A stretch of 64,000 nucleotides of DNA from Haliotis rubra. Taxonomy: Eukaryota. The DNA lies in contig NW_025767048.1 of NCBI RefSeq assembly GCF_003918875.1, positions 186,001 to 250,000 on the forward strand. The letters run 5' to 3'. The translations under genes and the position numbers were made by a program. The notes under the pieces are model-generated. The model saw nothing but the letters and a program-made list of their open reading frames with translations. It ran no database searches and was not told the DNA's origin. Below, in pieces: positions 51,484 through 64,000 of the stretch; position 1 is the first letter of the stretch; every line of letters begins with the position of its first letter.

Positions 51484-52292
51484 TGGCGCTGAAACGGTTA
51501 CCCGGGTACTAGAGTACAAGGCAGGTAGGAGCACTACACAAGTAGTAAAATATTACTTGAGTACTCGTCCAAGAAGAAATATCTCCCCTTTTACTCAATG
51601 TTTAGTCGTGTGGGTCCAAACATGGCAGAGCAATCACGAGTTGTATTTAAACTTGTGTGGTTTATTTATACCAGTAGATCATGCAATTACTGGGTGGTCG
51701 GGTAGCCTAGTGGTTAAAGTGTTCACTCGTTACGCCGAAGACCCGAATTCGATTACTCACATGTGTACAATGTGTGAAGCCCATTTTTGGTGTCCACCGC
51801 CGTGATATTGCTGGAATATTGCTAAAAGCGGTGTAAAACTAAACTCACTCACTCACTCACTCACTCACTCACTCACTCACTCATGCAATTACTGATCAGT
51901 TTTAGAATAAATCACAACATAGCAATTACTGATCAGTGTTGATTACAACAGGAGACGTGGTTCATTGTTTATTTCGTATTCAATGGGCTTCAGATATAAG
52001 GTACGCATAACACAAGAACAATTGAGTTGTCAGATGGGATCATTATGTTTTAAAAGAACACACCTCAATAGCCTGAAATTTGTACCTGAAACAAAGACGT
52101 AATTACTGTTCAAAACACGAGAAAAACGCATTTCAGAGCTTCTAATTTACAAAATTATTGGGGGTGGGGGTGGGTGGGGTGTGGGCATCTCGGCTCACCC
52201 GCTTTGCAGTCTCGAGGATGAGTACTCAAGTACTCGCGAGTAGTTAAAGGCGAGTACTCGAGTACTTTCGATTACTACCCATTTCAACCCTA
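51484..52292. mobile_element. hAT-like non-autonomous element containing a SINE A
   Basis: Ends TGGCGCTGAAACGG / CCATTTCAACCCTA; subterminal GAGTACTC repeats; decayed 8-bp TSD TCTGGTAC / TCTGTCAC. Confidence 0.65.
51693..51881 (+). mobile_element. SINE family A
   Basis: TSD CATGCAATTACTG; long (ACTC)n tail. Confidence 0.9.
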
Positions 52293-53621
52293 TCTGTCAC
52301 CAAATGTCTTCAAAGTGTAGGGAGGTAAAGAGAGCAGGACTTTGGCAGCTATTTATTAGAGACTATGAGAAAACTGTGATGGTATTTTGGTTTGCTGGTA
52401 GATACCACCACTTTAGAGGGTTGATGCTGCGTGATCATTGGCCACCTAAAACCCAAAGACTTTAAACAATGGTGCTTGTTGCTACCCTGCCTGGCGCTAG
52501 GCATTAAGGAGATAAACCAGGATCTGGTCAGTACACAGTCAGTATACTGTGTGGGGTATCCATGTTATAAGTACCGTATTAGGCTAGCATGTTACAACCA
52601 AGTAAGTAAGTCCAGGCTAGCACAAGTGCACACCCACACTCATGCATGTTGCTCTATAAGTTCAATGTTCTTGAATGGGACTACCTCCTGGTGATTGCTG
52701 CAGTGGCCTTGTTTCATCTAAACTATTGAATGTTTTACAGCATGAAATTTCATTGATTGAGAACTGTGTCATTTTAATTACAGGATTTGCTCTGTAAATG
52801 TAAAATATACATAATCAACACTAAGGTTATACGGACCCTCACGAACATGGTAAGTGGAAGTTGTACGTGCATGGAATGAGGTGAAATAAGAATTTCACGG
52901 ATGTCACTGTAATCTAGCAGTCCATGGATAATGAGGCGGTAATCAGTTTTGTGATTGTTGATAATATGTGAAATTGGTGCTATCGCGTTTGGAGTGAAAA
53001 ACGTACCCTCACCAACATGGTATGCGGAAGTTGTACGCACATGGAAGGGGGTAAAATAAACAAGCCAGTTTGTTGACATGTGATCGTCCAACTACAATAC
53101 ACATGATATTTAGTGAAACAAACTATATTATCCATTTTCTGTCAATTACACTTCATCTCAAGGCATGAGTAGACACAATATGATTGTGAATTCTTTGATT
53201 AATGCGGATCGAAGTTGTAATTATCGGTAACTGCCAGTTTGCTGCGATTAGGATCCCATTGCGGGTGGTCGCTTTATGTACGAAACATACCATTTTGACA
53301 CTGATTTTAAGGGTCAAGTTAGGGGGTCGGCTGATCCATGGGCTTATCTACGGTGATATACGGTAACTGAAACTGGGATGAAACTTGTTTCTCTCACTTC
53401 CAGATGGCCTCATATTTGCTCATGATACATATCCCCCATTCAAAATGGACCCTTCTCCCTTGTTTGGTTGTAAAAATTGTGAAAATCAATCTGTTATTTT
53501 AACTAAGCATGACAACAATTGGATTACCTGTGTTAGTGATTTGTTAGTTGATGCAGTCATCTTGGAACAACTGTTTCACGATTTCAGGTGTCATCATACA
53601 TCTGGATATCAAAATATCAGT

Positions 53622-53998
53622 GACCGCCTCCGTGGTGTAGTGGTTAGAGCGTCCGCCCAGAGAGCGGAAGGTCGCGGGTTCGATCCCCGACCGCGTCATA
53701 CCAAAAGACGTTAAAATATGGTACTTGTTGGTCCCTGCCTGGCGCTCGGCATTAATGGGTACAATAAGGACTGGTCGGCTCGGAGTCAGTATAATGTGTC
53801 TAAGTGGGATATTCATGCTTCACTGCGACATGGTGGGCTAGCACTATAAAACCAGCTCAGTGGGCTAGCACTATAAAACCAGCTTAAGTCTGGGCTAGTA
53901 CAAGCAGCCGCACATACACATACACTCGCATGCACGTCGTCATATGAGCGAAATATTCTCAAGCACGGCGTTAAACCCAATTTCACCTCACCTCACCT
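53622..53998 (+). mobile_element. SINE family C
   Basis: TSD AAAATATCAGT; internal ~25-bp duplication. A 3' fragment lies at 28157-28316(-) and a degenerate relative at ~52420-52680(+). Confidence 0.9.
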
Positions 53999-54927
53999 AA
54001 AAATATCAGTATACATTTATTATAATTTTTGTTGTCATAAAGTTTTGAATATCAGTAATACAGTAATCATTGTCTGGCCCAGAAATATTGACCTATATTA
54101 CAGTCACCATTTTAAGGACAATGTGAAGGCATCAAGAGTTCAATGCTTATTCATCTATTGTAACATATTTACCATCAAATTTCAGACTTGCATGGGTAAT
54201 TGAACTACTTTATAACTATTCACAAATTAATAAATATTATTAACAGAAATGTCAGTACCCTATAACACTTGAGTCAGCTTTTCATTCAGTGACACGCCGA
54301 TCTGCATGAATATCTTGATCATGTTGGTATGACTATTAAAATTGTATATTTGATACTTCCATCATTTGACATTATCACGGTTATCACATGATACTATGAT
54401 CATTGTCTGGGACCTGTGAAGATAGGTTAGAATTGGTCTTCAGCGAGACCATGCTTATGAGAGGTGACTAACGGGATTGAGTGGTCAGGCTCTCTCGATT
54501 ATTTACAGACTGAAACCCACTTCACCCCACCCTCACCAGCCATACAGCTGGAATATTGTTTAGTGCCCGCGTGGTGTTACAAAACAAGCAAGCAAAACCA
54601 TCATTATCTGTATACATCCATACTGGAGGATCACTGAAAATATCGCCTGCTAACGGCAAGTGAAATTCAAAGCATACAGCAAACACTAATATTCTTAAAT
54701 TCTCAATACCTCATGTATATGAAAGGTCAATAAAATGTCTTTGTCACTTAAATCAATTCCATTCTGCTTGCTGTATAAGAGCCACATGCTGATCACAGAG
54801 ACCTTTAGGGGAAATCTGATTATATGCTTATGAACACGAGATTAGAAACTTCTTTTTACAGACAAAAATTTAGTAACTCTATGTCAAGTTTGTCCAATCA
54901 TCAGAAATCATTTAGCATCACTATCAA

Positions 54928-55846
54928 CTATAGTTTGGCATGAAATGCATGTGGACCCGTTTTTTTGTAAATATCTCTTCATCCAATGACCCAATCGATC
55001 TCAAACTGTGCAAGTGGATGTTTTGTCAGACAACCTAATCACATTGTAAATCACCGATTTTATGCATTTGTATTAAAGAATCTGTCTATGTAACTGTCAA
55101 CAAAATAAACAGCAGAACGCAAACTGCTTGCAGAGGGAGGGAGCCAATGACCTGTAACAGCGGCAGTGTTGGGTCATAAAGGTAAATGCACGTGCAGTTC
55201 ATGATAGTTACCTGTGCACTGCACAGTGATAGACCGTTTGGATCATTCACATTGACTACATCTAGCTGTCATCATGAAAGCTTATTCAGATGATGCTAAA
55301 CATTTAATTAGAAATGTGTTTAAATTTTTTTAAAAAGAGAGCAAACGTAGCAAACCGATTTATCAGGTGTCGGATTACATGAAACGTACAAGAACATCGT
55401 GCTACAAATTGTGAAAAATAAACCAACAACCAATAAACAAAACCTTGTACAAAAAGGTAGGCATCCAAAGTTAGATTCTTTTGACATCAGGGTCATCAGA
55501 GATGTCATTCGACGGCTTTTTGTTAGAAATGAACACCTCTTCTATCACTGTGCGGTGCACAGGTAACTATCATAAACTGCACGTGCATTTACCTTTATGA
55601 CCCAACACTGCCGCTGTTACAGGTCATTGGCTCCCTCCCTCTGCAAGCAGTTTGCGTTCTGTTGTTTATTTTGTTGACAGTTACATAGACAGATTCTTTA
55701 ATACAAATGCATAAAATCGGTGATTTACAATGTGATTAGGTTGTCTGACAAAACATCCACTTGCACAGTTTGAGATCGATTGGGTCATTGGATGAAGAGA
55801 TATTTACAAAAAAACGGGTCCACATGCATTTCATGCCAAACTATAG
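54928..55846. mobile_element. Foldback-type non-autonomous DNA transposon with 306-bp inverted arms (TA-flanked, Tc1/mariner-like)
   Basis: 54928-55233 is the reverse complement of 55541-55846 with about 3 mismatches; ~307-bp spacer. Confidence 0.85.
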
Positions 55847-57462
55847 AAATCAATTGTGAGCATCCAGTTAGAATGAAATCAGAATGTGTGTGAAATATGA
55901 CTGTGAAATATCTCTGTTATCATTATCTCATTGTTTTCTATAAGTGTTACATCACTGAATGAGATAGCATTCCTGTACCAATAGGGCTCTTGTTTGTTGT
56001 AAAGAGGTAAACTATTCCAGTGTTTCATATAATCCTCTTTCATGTGGACTCATGAGTTTAGTAAGAACTATTTGATGAAAATTTCAAAGTGAGACCCTTT
56101 TCAATTCTCCACCTTTCACTCACAGAACACTTAAGGAATGCCCTTGAGTTTTGTTCAAGGTTGTCTCGCTTTTGTGTTCCATATCGCTGGCAATGATGTC
56201 AAGTCAGAAAGGTGACATGTTAAAATGAACAATGATGTCTGTCCACGTAGGTCATGTTCCACAGACTCCCCTGATGTATGTTTATATCTTTCATGACATG
56301 AGTACTTTAAAATGTCTGGTGTTTGTCCTGCAGGGAATCCATGATAAACTTCTCATGTTGTATTAGGACGGAATGTGCCACAGAGACCGTCTTTGGAGTA
56401 TATCTTTATTTGTCGATTGGATATCCCTTCTTCGTGAAATATAAAGCTTGCGGCAATGGGAGATTAGAGATTATGAAAATGGCATTGATTTTACCTGCCT
56501 AGTGTTGCCAATATGGTGTAAGTTAATATACATGAGCAGTGTCACCTGGAATAAGTGAAGGGTAATGAGTGAATTCCTTAAGTTCTTCATGAGACTGGCA
56601 TGTTTTAACATGATGCAAGACTTCTAGACCAAGAGAATACGACACTAGATACACAAGGTATTGATTTGACTCCAAGTTACATGCATGATAGTTACCTTTT
56701 TGCCAAGAGTAAAAAATTGAACTAGTTGAAGAAAGACATTTTCTCATTCATGTATTTGCTTTAGGGATATACATGTTAAAAAAAATTCAGTTAGCTTTTT
56801 GTTTTTAAAACAGTTTTTGAAAAGTGCACATAACCTTCAGATGAAGGTAGGTATAGGTCTTGTCCTTGGTGATTCCAAGCCCCACTGAACAAGGCATGTG
56901 TTTTCTCAAACCAGATTGAAATCATATTAACCGATGTTCAATAAATAGCAACAAGGGTGAGACTTTAAATATTTAAAGTGTTTCTGGAATGTTGGCCATT
57001 TTTTGTCAGCTATTTGATACTAGAAATACATTGCCTGTATGCCCACCCATCGATGGTTCCATAACTATTGTTGGGGATATACAGGGGTTTACCTTGACTC
57101 ACAAAAATGGGGATCCCGGGACCCATAATTATTAGTTTTAAGGGTACTTGCAGGCAATACGATGGTCTTGTGACATAGCGATGTGGGGAACTGTATGTTT
57201 TGATCATTTCTTTAGAGCCTGGACTGAATCATTGATAATCTGGACTGAAGGTTGAAATGATGTACGTAACTGCTCTGAAAGAAACAACCAAACACTTAGC
57301 AAAGTCATAGATATGTTGTGGGTAAAGTGAATTATATTGTGCTTCCCTTTGGAGGCAGTGAATTTTGTTTTCTACGTCCATTCTCTACATTTGTGCGCAC
57401 CGGACGCACATTTGCGAGTCGCCTAAAAACCTGGATATATATCCAGAACCTCTTCATGGATT

Positions 57463-58013
57463 TGGACGGTGGGTAGCCTAGTGGTTAAAATGTTCACTTA
57501 TCATTCTGAATACCCAGGTCCGAGTACATGAGTACAATGTGAAAACCATTTCCGATGCGCAGAGTCTTAACAAAATTCAGATGCGGCTCCACCAATTTAA
57601 AAATAGTTTCGTAAAGAAGATCTAAAGACAATGACATCAGTGTAGCTATGTGCGATTATTGTAAAAATGTACCAGAAGATGAGTACCATGTGTTAATGAA
57701 ATGTCCTTTATATGCAGCGGTAAGAACTCACTACATACCAAGTATCTATATTATGAACCCAAATAAACAAAAATTTGTACATCTTCTAAATACTAAGAAC
57801 CATAACATCATACTCCGTCTAGCAATTTTTGTAAACAAAATCATGTACATGCGCTCTGTAAAAATTTAATCTAAGTTGACATTTTGTACTATTGGCCTCA
57901 TGGCCACATTTATGAAATAAACTTGTCTGTCTGTCTGTCTGTCCATTTCCGATGTTCCCTGCCATGATATAGCTGGAATATTGCTAAAAGCAGAAAAAGG
58001 GCATACTCATTCA
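57463..58013 (+). mobile_element. SINE family A split by a LINE insertion
   Basis: Head 57463-57557, tail 57955-58013. Confidence 0.8.
57558..57942 (+). mobile_element. 5'-truncated LINE 3' end (RTEX-like zinc knuckle) inserted inside a SINE A copy
   Basis: RVLTKFRCGSTNL..CDYCKNVPEDEYHVLMKCPLYAAVR; AATAAA + (TGTC)n tail; 12-bp TSD CCATTTCCGATG (57546-57557, 57943-57954). Confidence 0.85.
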
Positions 58014-59540
58014 GTCTTCATGGATTTTGTTCCTATTTACTGCCCAGCGGTCACAGAACAACATGTATTGATAGTAATAGTGTTGCCTTAATTTTCAAGG
58101 TCATGGGAACATTTGACCAATTTGGTGTTTGGTGATATCTCCAGAATCTTTTCATGATATTTGGTTCGAATTTGTATACACCTTTTCAAGCATTGGACCC
58201 TTTTTCAAAAGGTTTTGAATCAAGGTCAGGATTCATTTGGTGTGAAAAACATGGCTATGTCTTTGTCAGTTTCTGAGGCGGGATGACCTCCATAGGCATG
58301 AAACAACTGCATTTATGTCAATGTCTTATCTGGTAATTGTGCAGTGGAGTTGGATCATATATTCTCTTGCAAAGATTATTAACATTAGAGGATATCCAAC
58401 AAAGGTCAAGGTTACAGGATAGAAAAAGCTCAATATTTTGTTAATGCTTACACTTTATATAATGGTATCAAACCATTTATCATTAAACTGAGTACATACC
58501 CTCTCAAGGACAGGGTCCTTTATTTAAATATATTTTGTCCAAGGTGAAGGTTCAAGTTTTAATAAGATAAGGTCATTGACAGGTTTTGAGATTTTGTTAC
58601 CTTTGCAGGCATGAAATTTATGGTTTCATCTTTTGCACTTTTGCTTGCACAATCCTTGAACTTGTTGGATCATATGAAGCTGTCTATATTCAAGGTCAGT
58701 GTCTGGAAGCTGTGTTTTCTGAGTTGAAGTACATCGCTTGTTATTATTTGGGGATCTTTGTGGAAATGTTGTAGTAGCAGGCATTTACAGTTGCTCCATA
58801 AATTTTCATCTCAAATTTATTCCATCCAATTTGTAGCAGGTGACAAGGTTGTGTCATTGAAATGCATTGTGATGTGTAATGTTATCCAAAACCTTCTAAG
58901 AATTTTTGTAAAAGGTGTATATAATGTAAACATTTCCATAATGTTTCCACTGTTCTTGAGGAAAGTTTACTGGACTGAAGCCAACAGAATAATTAGTGTC
59001 AAGCCCTGGAACCTTAGATACCAACTCCTAATATGATAGTCAATGCATTTGCAGACTAGTAATCAATAGTCCATGCTGTAAGCAATACTTCTGAGGAACC
59101 AGTTGAGAATCATCAGGATTTTACCACTGTTTAATGGACAAGGACTATTCCCACATGTATAAATATTGACAAAGGATGCAAATAATATGCAGTGTGAATC
59201 CCTTGGTCCCAAGCAGACATTGTTGCTTGAATCTATTTCTATTTCTCTCCTTCTGTTGTAGCTCTCATGTAGATTTTAATGGACACTGCTGTTGAGATTT
59301 TAAAATGCAAGGCTTCCAACGTATAAACGTATGCCAAGGACTCGCAAATTCTTTTGTCCCCACATAACTGTGATACAAAATTAAACATCATAAAATGTAC
59401 TTTACAATTAAACAGTTATTAGAAAAAGGATATAACAAAAATGTGTTTTGGGGGGAGAGTGGTGATGATCATAAACCATTAATATATGCTTCGCATGTGT
59501 ATAATCATGATAATTATTCCTCAGATTTATAACAATACGT

Positions 59541-59790
59541 GACCCTTGAAGGTCCGGGTTAGAATATTGATCTTCAGTAACCCATGTTTGTCATAAGAGG
59601 TGACTAACGGGATTGGGTTGTCAGGCTCGCCGACTTAGTGGACACATGTCATCGGTTCCAAGTTGTGCAGATCAATGCTCATGCTGTTGATCACTGGATT
59701 GTCTGGTCCAGACTCAATTATTCACAGACCGCTGCCATATAGCTGGAATATTGCTGGGAGCGGCGTAAAACTAAACTCACTCACTCACAC
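59541..59790 (+). mobile_element. SINE-like family B
   Basis: TSD TAACAATAC. Confidence 0.9.
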
Positions 59791-59840
59791 TAACAATACC
59801 TGTTGAGTAGTGGACAGTAGTTCCAATATGAAACAGTATG

Positions 59841-60002
59841 TGTGAGTAAGTAGGGTTTCACGCCGCTTTTAGCAATATTCCAGCAATATCACGGCAGAGG
59901 ACATCAGAAATGAGCTTCACACATTTTACCCATGTTGGGAATCGAACCCAGGTCTTGACAGCATGACGAGCAAGAGCTCTTACCACTAGTCCCCACCGCC
60001 CC
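59841..60002 (-). mobile_element. SINE family A
   Basis: TSD GAAACAGTATG. Confidence 0.85.
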
Positions 60003-61977
60003 GAAACAGTATGAAATCCAATTATGTACAAAGAGGGCTGTTTCTGTAAATGCTGAAACAAGTGTTAAGTGGTTCTTTACCTGAGTCCCAATCCTTGATG
60101 TATAAGTGAAGCATTAAACTGCACTGGTCCCCCCTCCTTCCCTTCCTCTCTCCCCTTCCCTCCCTTCCTCTCTTCCCCTCCCTCCCTTCATCTCTGTAAC
60201 CAGCTGCCGGCTGTATGTGGCCATTCACTCAATAGCGTACATCCACTGCGGACCACTTTCATCACTCCACTTAACAGGTTTAAAATAACATATTTGTTAG
60301 GCCTTGAACATGTTAAAGAAAACATGCTGTTGTTCCAATTACCTTATCCTAACCTCATTTGTGGTGCCTTTTTTATCCTTTTTTTGTCAGTAACATAGAA
60401 AAGGACCTCTTTCACACATTTCAGGGTTTTGTTGGTGTTTTTTGGTGTAATTGGTTGTTGAGCTGTCTGTCAGATTTTGCAACATGTCCAAGCAAGTTTT
60501 CATGCTCTTAATGTCTCAGCAATACATGAATGAAACCGAGGGGCAAGATACGCTCACCTTTCGCAAGCATCTGTTATAAGTAATCTTTCTAAAGGATTGG
60601 AATTGTGCGACCAAATCTGCTCTCAGCACAGATTTCTTATGAATTCTGAAAGAGTTTATTTGATTCAAATATTGTTTTCTGTTGACACATAGTGAGCACC
60701 CAACAATTCAAATCTCAGTAACTTTGGGTTGTCAACTATGTATTGCTTGTTTTTGAATTTGAAACACTTCATTGATATCTGTATGTCCAGTTATGCTAAT
60801 GTCGGCTGTTAAATTAAAGATTACATAATTATCACTGTCACCTTTCTTTCATTTTGGACACAAATGCCCAAACTGTCCATGGCACCAGATTGTGCAATCT
60901 GGGTTAGAATTGGTCTTCAGCAAGATGGAAGAGGCAACTATCAGGATCAGGTGATCAGGCTCGCTTACTTGGTTGACACATGTCATAGTGTCCGAAATGC
61001 GTAAATCAATGCTCATGGTGCTGATCATAGGATTGCCTGGTTCATTTTTGTTATTGACTGCCGCTATGTAGATGGAATATTGCTGAGTGCGGGTTTTAAA
61101 CAACAAACAAAAACAATCAGTAACAGCCTCTCCTTGGAATGTGTAATAAATCTCAGAATTACCTGATATCATACTTGTCTGGGGGAAAGGGTAACCCATT
61201 TGTCCAAGGTGCCACATTTGCAGATTTGCATTCCTTGACCACGTCAGAAACATACTGTGACGAAATCAAATCCCATTTTGCTCAGATTATGTTTTTCGAT
61301 TAGTCAGGCCCCCATGTTCATGGGTTTCACCAAAATTGTTCCTTCTGGAATGAATGTCCAAGAGGTTCAAGGCACCAGAGTGTCCAGTGCTTGATTGTGT
61401 TCTTGTAATGATGGTGAATGATAGTTAATGGCGAATTAACTGATAATCACCTGATTATCAATATCATCCTTCAGCTCTTAGTATCAGGCAAGTGGGTTCA
61501 CCAAAAAGACAAAGGTTGGCAACCATCAGCAACTGAGACTTTCTTTCATTGTTCGTTTAACAGAAAAACTTGGGCGTGTGACAGTTTAATTTGCAGACAG
61601 CATGTCACTCGGAATCGCCAGAAAACTCTTAATGCTAAAATAGAAATGACATAGACTGAAAAATGTATTAAAAAACTAAAATTCTTTTATGTCTTCTGTC
61701 AAAATGTCAAATGATGATTGTTCTAGTTCTTATACAGCATGTTTTATCAAATTAAACATGCCTCTCAGATCCAAGATGGTTGCAGTATTGAACTTATTCA
61801 GGTCTTATCTTGTTAATAAGAATAGTAAAAATCATTGGCTTAACCAGATAGGCCAACAAAGGTTGTGAAAAATGGTATGGTAGTACTGTGAAAGAAAATA
61901 GTTTTATACTTTTCACATTTTTCAAAAAAAATAAAATTCGTTTACTTACCACAATGTCTCTCACTATAAACAATATC

Positions 61978-62125
61978 GAGGTAGCCTAGTGGTTAAAGCA
62001 GTTGTGTGTCAGGCAGAAGACCCAAGTTTGATTCCCCACATTGGTTTGATATCTGAAGCCTGTTTCTGGTGTCCTTTGCTATGAGTTTGCTGGATTTTGC
62101 TAAATGCGTAGTTAATCCACACTTA
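61978..62125 (+). mobile_element. SINE family A, diverged
   Basis: GGTAGCCTAGTGGTTAAAGC head and degenerate body. Confidence 0.75.
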
Positions 62126-62559
62126 AGTGAAATTTCAAAGGCTTCTTAACAATTTCTTATTTTTAACTTGAAACGTGTTGTCTTACACTGATAAGGCTGC
62201 ACTTGCTCTGTTGAATGCACAGGAGCCACAGGTAGTTAATGATATACAACTTGAGATCTCCCATTGCGCAAGAAACACCTGTCTGTCGTATTCATTTTGA
62301 CTCCTTATCCATACCAGGTAAGTGATGAATGTGGAACTTTGAGCACACACAATGTTAAATTTGACATTTGAATGTAGATGTTTTTTATGTAACAAAATCT
62401 AAATATTCTGTGAAAAATGATTCGGGCATAATGTTCATGCCGCAAATGGACAGATATATTTTTATTTGTCTGTGTGGATTGTTAGCAAATATATAGAAGA
62501 GCAGGAAACTTGCATAGTTAATTACAATTTGAAAGGTCTGTAAATGTTGTAGTTTCATA

Positions 62560-62950
62560 ATATCTAAGTATTTCCTTACTATAGTAATAATTTTGGTTTT
62601 ACATTTTTTCTGAAAACTGCAAATTTTGTAACTATAATTACCGTTATTCTTCTGCTTTCTTTCAAACAATACTAGTATGTGTTCACTACTAAACTCCGCT
62701 CTGCCTTCTGAATGATTCCCAAACCAATCTGAAGGTTTTGTCCATATATCAGCAGCATTGTGACAATTACAAAATACATGAGTGATTGTTTCTGATGGTT
62801 TATTACATATTACCAATTTAGAAAAATAACTGTTCTTGCTTAAAATATTATGTATAACTTTAAGATGAAACCTACTTACTTCAGTTACACCTTTTTGCCA
62901 TAAGGAAGTTTATCCACTCTGTTTCTTTAAACTGTTTTTCAAGCAGTCTT
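62560..62950 (-). mobile_element. Decayed L1/Tx1-type LINE 3' fragment (zf-RVT)
   Basis: ICNKPSETITHVFCNCHNAADIWTKPSDWF fits the CxxC..ETIxHLFxxC...W motif. Confidence 0.7.
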
Positions 62951-63038
62951 CTTATTTACTGTACATACATTTTAATATTATAGAGTTTAACAGAACTCCA
63001 TGAAATATCTTTCTTTTTCCTTGTTTTAATATGATATA

Positions 63039-63880
63039 TTATCATACAATGGATAGTGTTCTCGGCAGGATAAAGCCAACGGATATTTTCGGTATCCGTT
63101 GGGGTCATATACGGATATCGATGCAAATTAGAGAGGTCATATGCAAATTTTAGGGACTACTTTCAGAGTGTAAACAAACATGGCGTCAATGGTCGGCGGT
63201 CGTGTCTGGATTGACGGCCTTGGTTACGGTACTGTCAGTGCTTTGATCCCAGAAAATTCATGTCTGGTTATGATAGATGGAGTAGATTACAAAGCGAAGA
63301 TAGAAATTCATAGGTTTACGAAGATACCAACATCGACCGCCTGTCAGTGTTAGCGAGAGAACGGCACTAGGAACCCAGATGCACAATGTCACGAGAACAT
63401 TAAAGTGTATTTGTTGTTCAAAAGGTTAACTCAAGGTTTCTGAAGTTCCATGCGAGTTTGTTGTTATTTTTCAAACGTAAGCTAAGATTTGTTGACAACA
63501 ATACGTACTTTAACATAACAACTGACGGGAACTAGATGACGTAACGCAGTCAAATGAGTGATCAGTAGAAAATTGCGTCACCGAGCTTGTGACGTCAAGT
63601 ATTACTACGCACATATTTGTGACGTCATAGATATGTGGACACATTCCACGAAGTTTAGTTTCATGATTTGTGGCAAATGAAATCGCATTTTTTTAAATTA
63701 TCAAGTAAGAATGACATTGTATGATAAAAAGGTTATCTCGACACTCGTGTGTTTTGGGATGGGTAATATCCTGCATCATGAATAAACACTATGTATTTAG
63801 CTCGCCAAGGCCCGCTAAATACAATGTTTATTCCTAATTCAGGATATTAACCATCCCAAAACACACTTGCGTGATAGCCT
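63039..63880. mobile_element. Candidate Crypton-like non-autonomous element with terminal hairpin
   Basis: TTATCATACAATG (63039) is inverted at 63715-63727, followed by a ~150-bp imperfect hairpin 63730-63880 with GC-rich loop GCTCGCCAAGGCCCGC; no TSD seen. Confidence 0.5.
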
Positions 63881-64000
63881 ATATTTATTGTCCTAAGTAT
63901 AGTCCTTCAGCAAACTTAAGTGACAAAAATATATTGCTTGACTAAACTTAAACACTTAAGTAATAGTCGGCTCTTCTAATGTAGGGGCATTGGGGTACCG

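Noticed and set aside
53404-53500. Candidate exon 3 of the His1 gene (acceptor ttccag; YLLMIHIPH in one frame)
   Set aside because: That frame is phase 0 and stops quickly, whereas exon 2 ends in phase 1; no clear donor.
162-62816. Most ORF-track entries (60-146 aa)
   Set aside because: No recognisable domains; many are translations of SINEs (e.g. MTHVIGSQLRRS.., MNTPLRHIILTP..) or use non-ATG starts irrelevant in eukaryotic DNA.

Overview
Eukaryotic, AT-rich, almost entirely intronic/intergenic DNA, most likely from a gastropod such as abalone (inferred from the SINE families, Helentron-type element and Penelope remnants; not verified). Nearly all ORF-track entries are noise or translated repeats. 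Two spliced genes sit head-to-head around a compact bidirectional promoter at ~41.8-42.1 kb. (1) On the minus strand, an exon encodes a signal peptide plus an LRR N-terminal cap (41223-41377); no further exons were convincingly found. (2) On the plus strand, two in-phase exons (42133-42258, 50467-50590) encode a secreted protein whose mature chain would start with His (HARFVCPRP...GPCG...PGPFTVVFEETVFTKG). It resembles histidine-brace LPMO-like copper proteins but apparently lacks the second His. The promoter and first exons lie in a 3.44-kb tandem duplication (real or haplotype artefact) whose second copy is frameshifted. The rest is transposon-derived. There are three SINE families (tRNA-Asp-like A; tRNA-less family B with a pseudoknot-forming head; MetaSINE-like C), a Helentron-type element carrying a dimeric satellite, and Penelope remnants including TSD-flanked hammerhead-motif mini-elements. 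There are also Tc1, hAT-, P-, Academ- and Crypton-like non-autonomous elements, LINE fragments, and one 143-N gap. Coordinates were counted by hand; degenerate-repeat boundaries are approximate, and family assignments come from recalled motifs rather than database searches.
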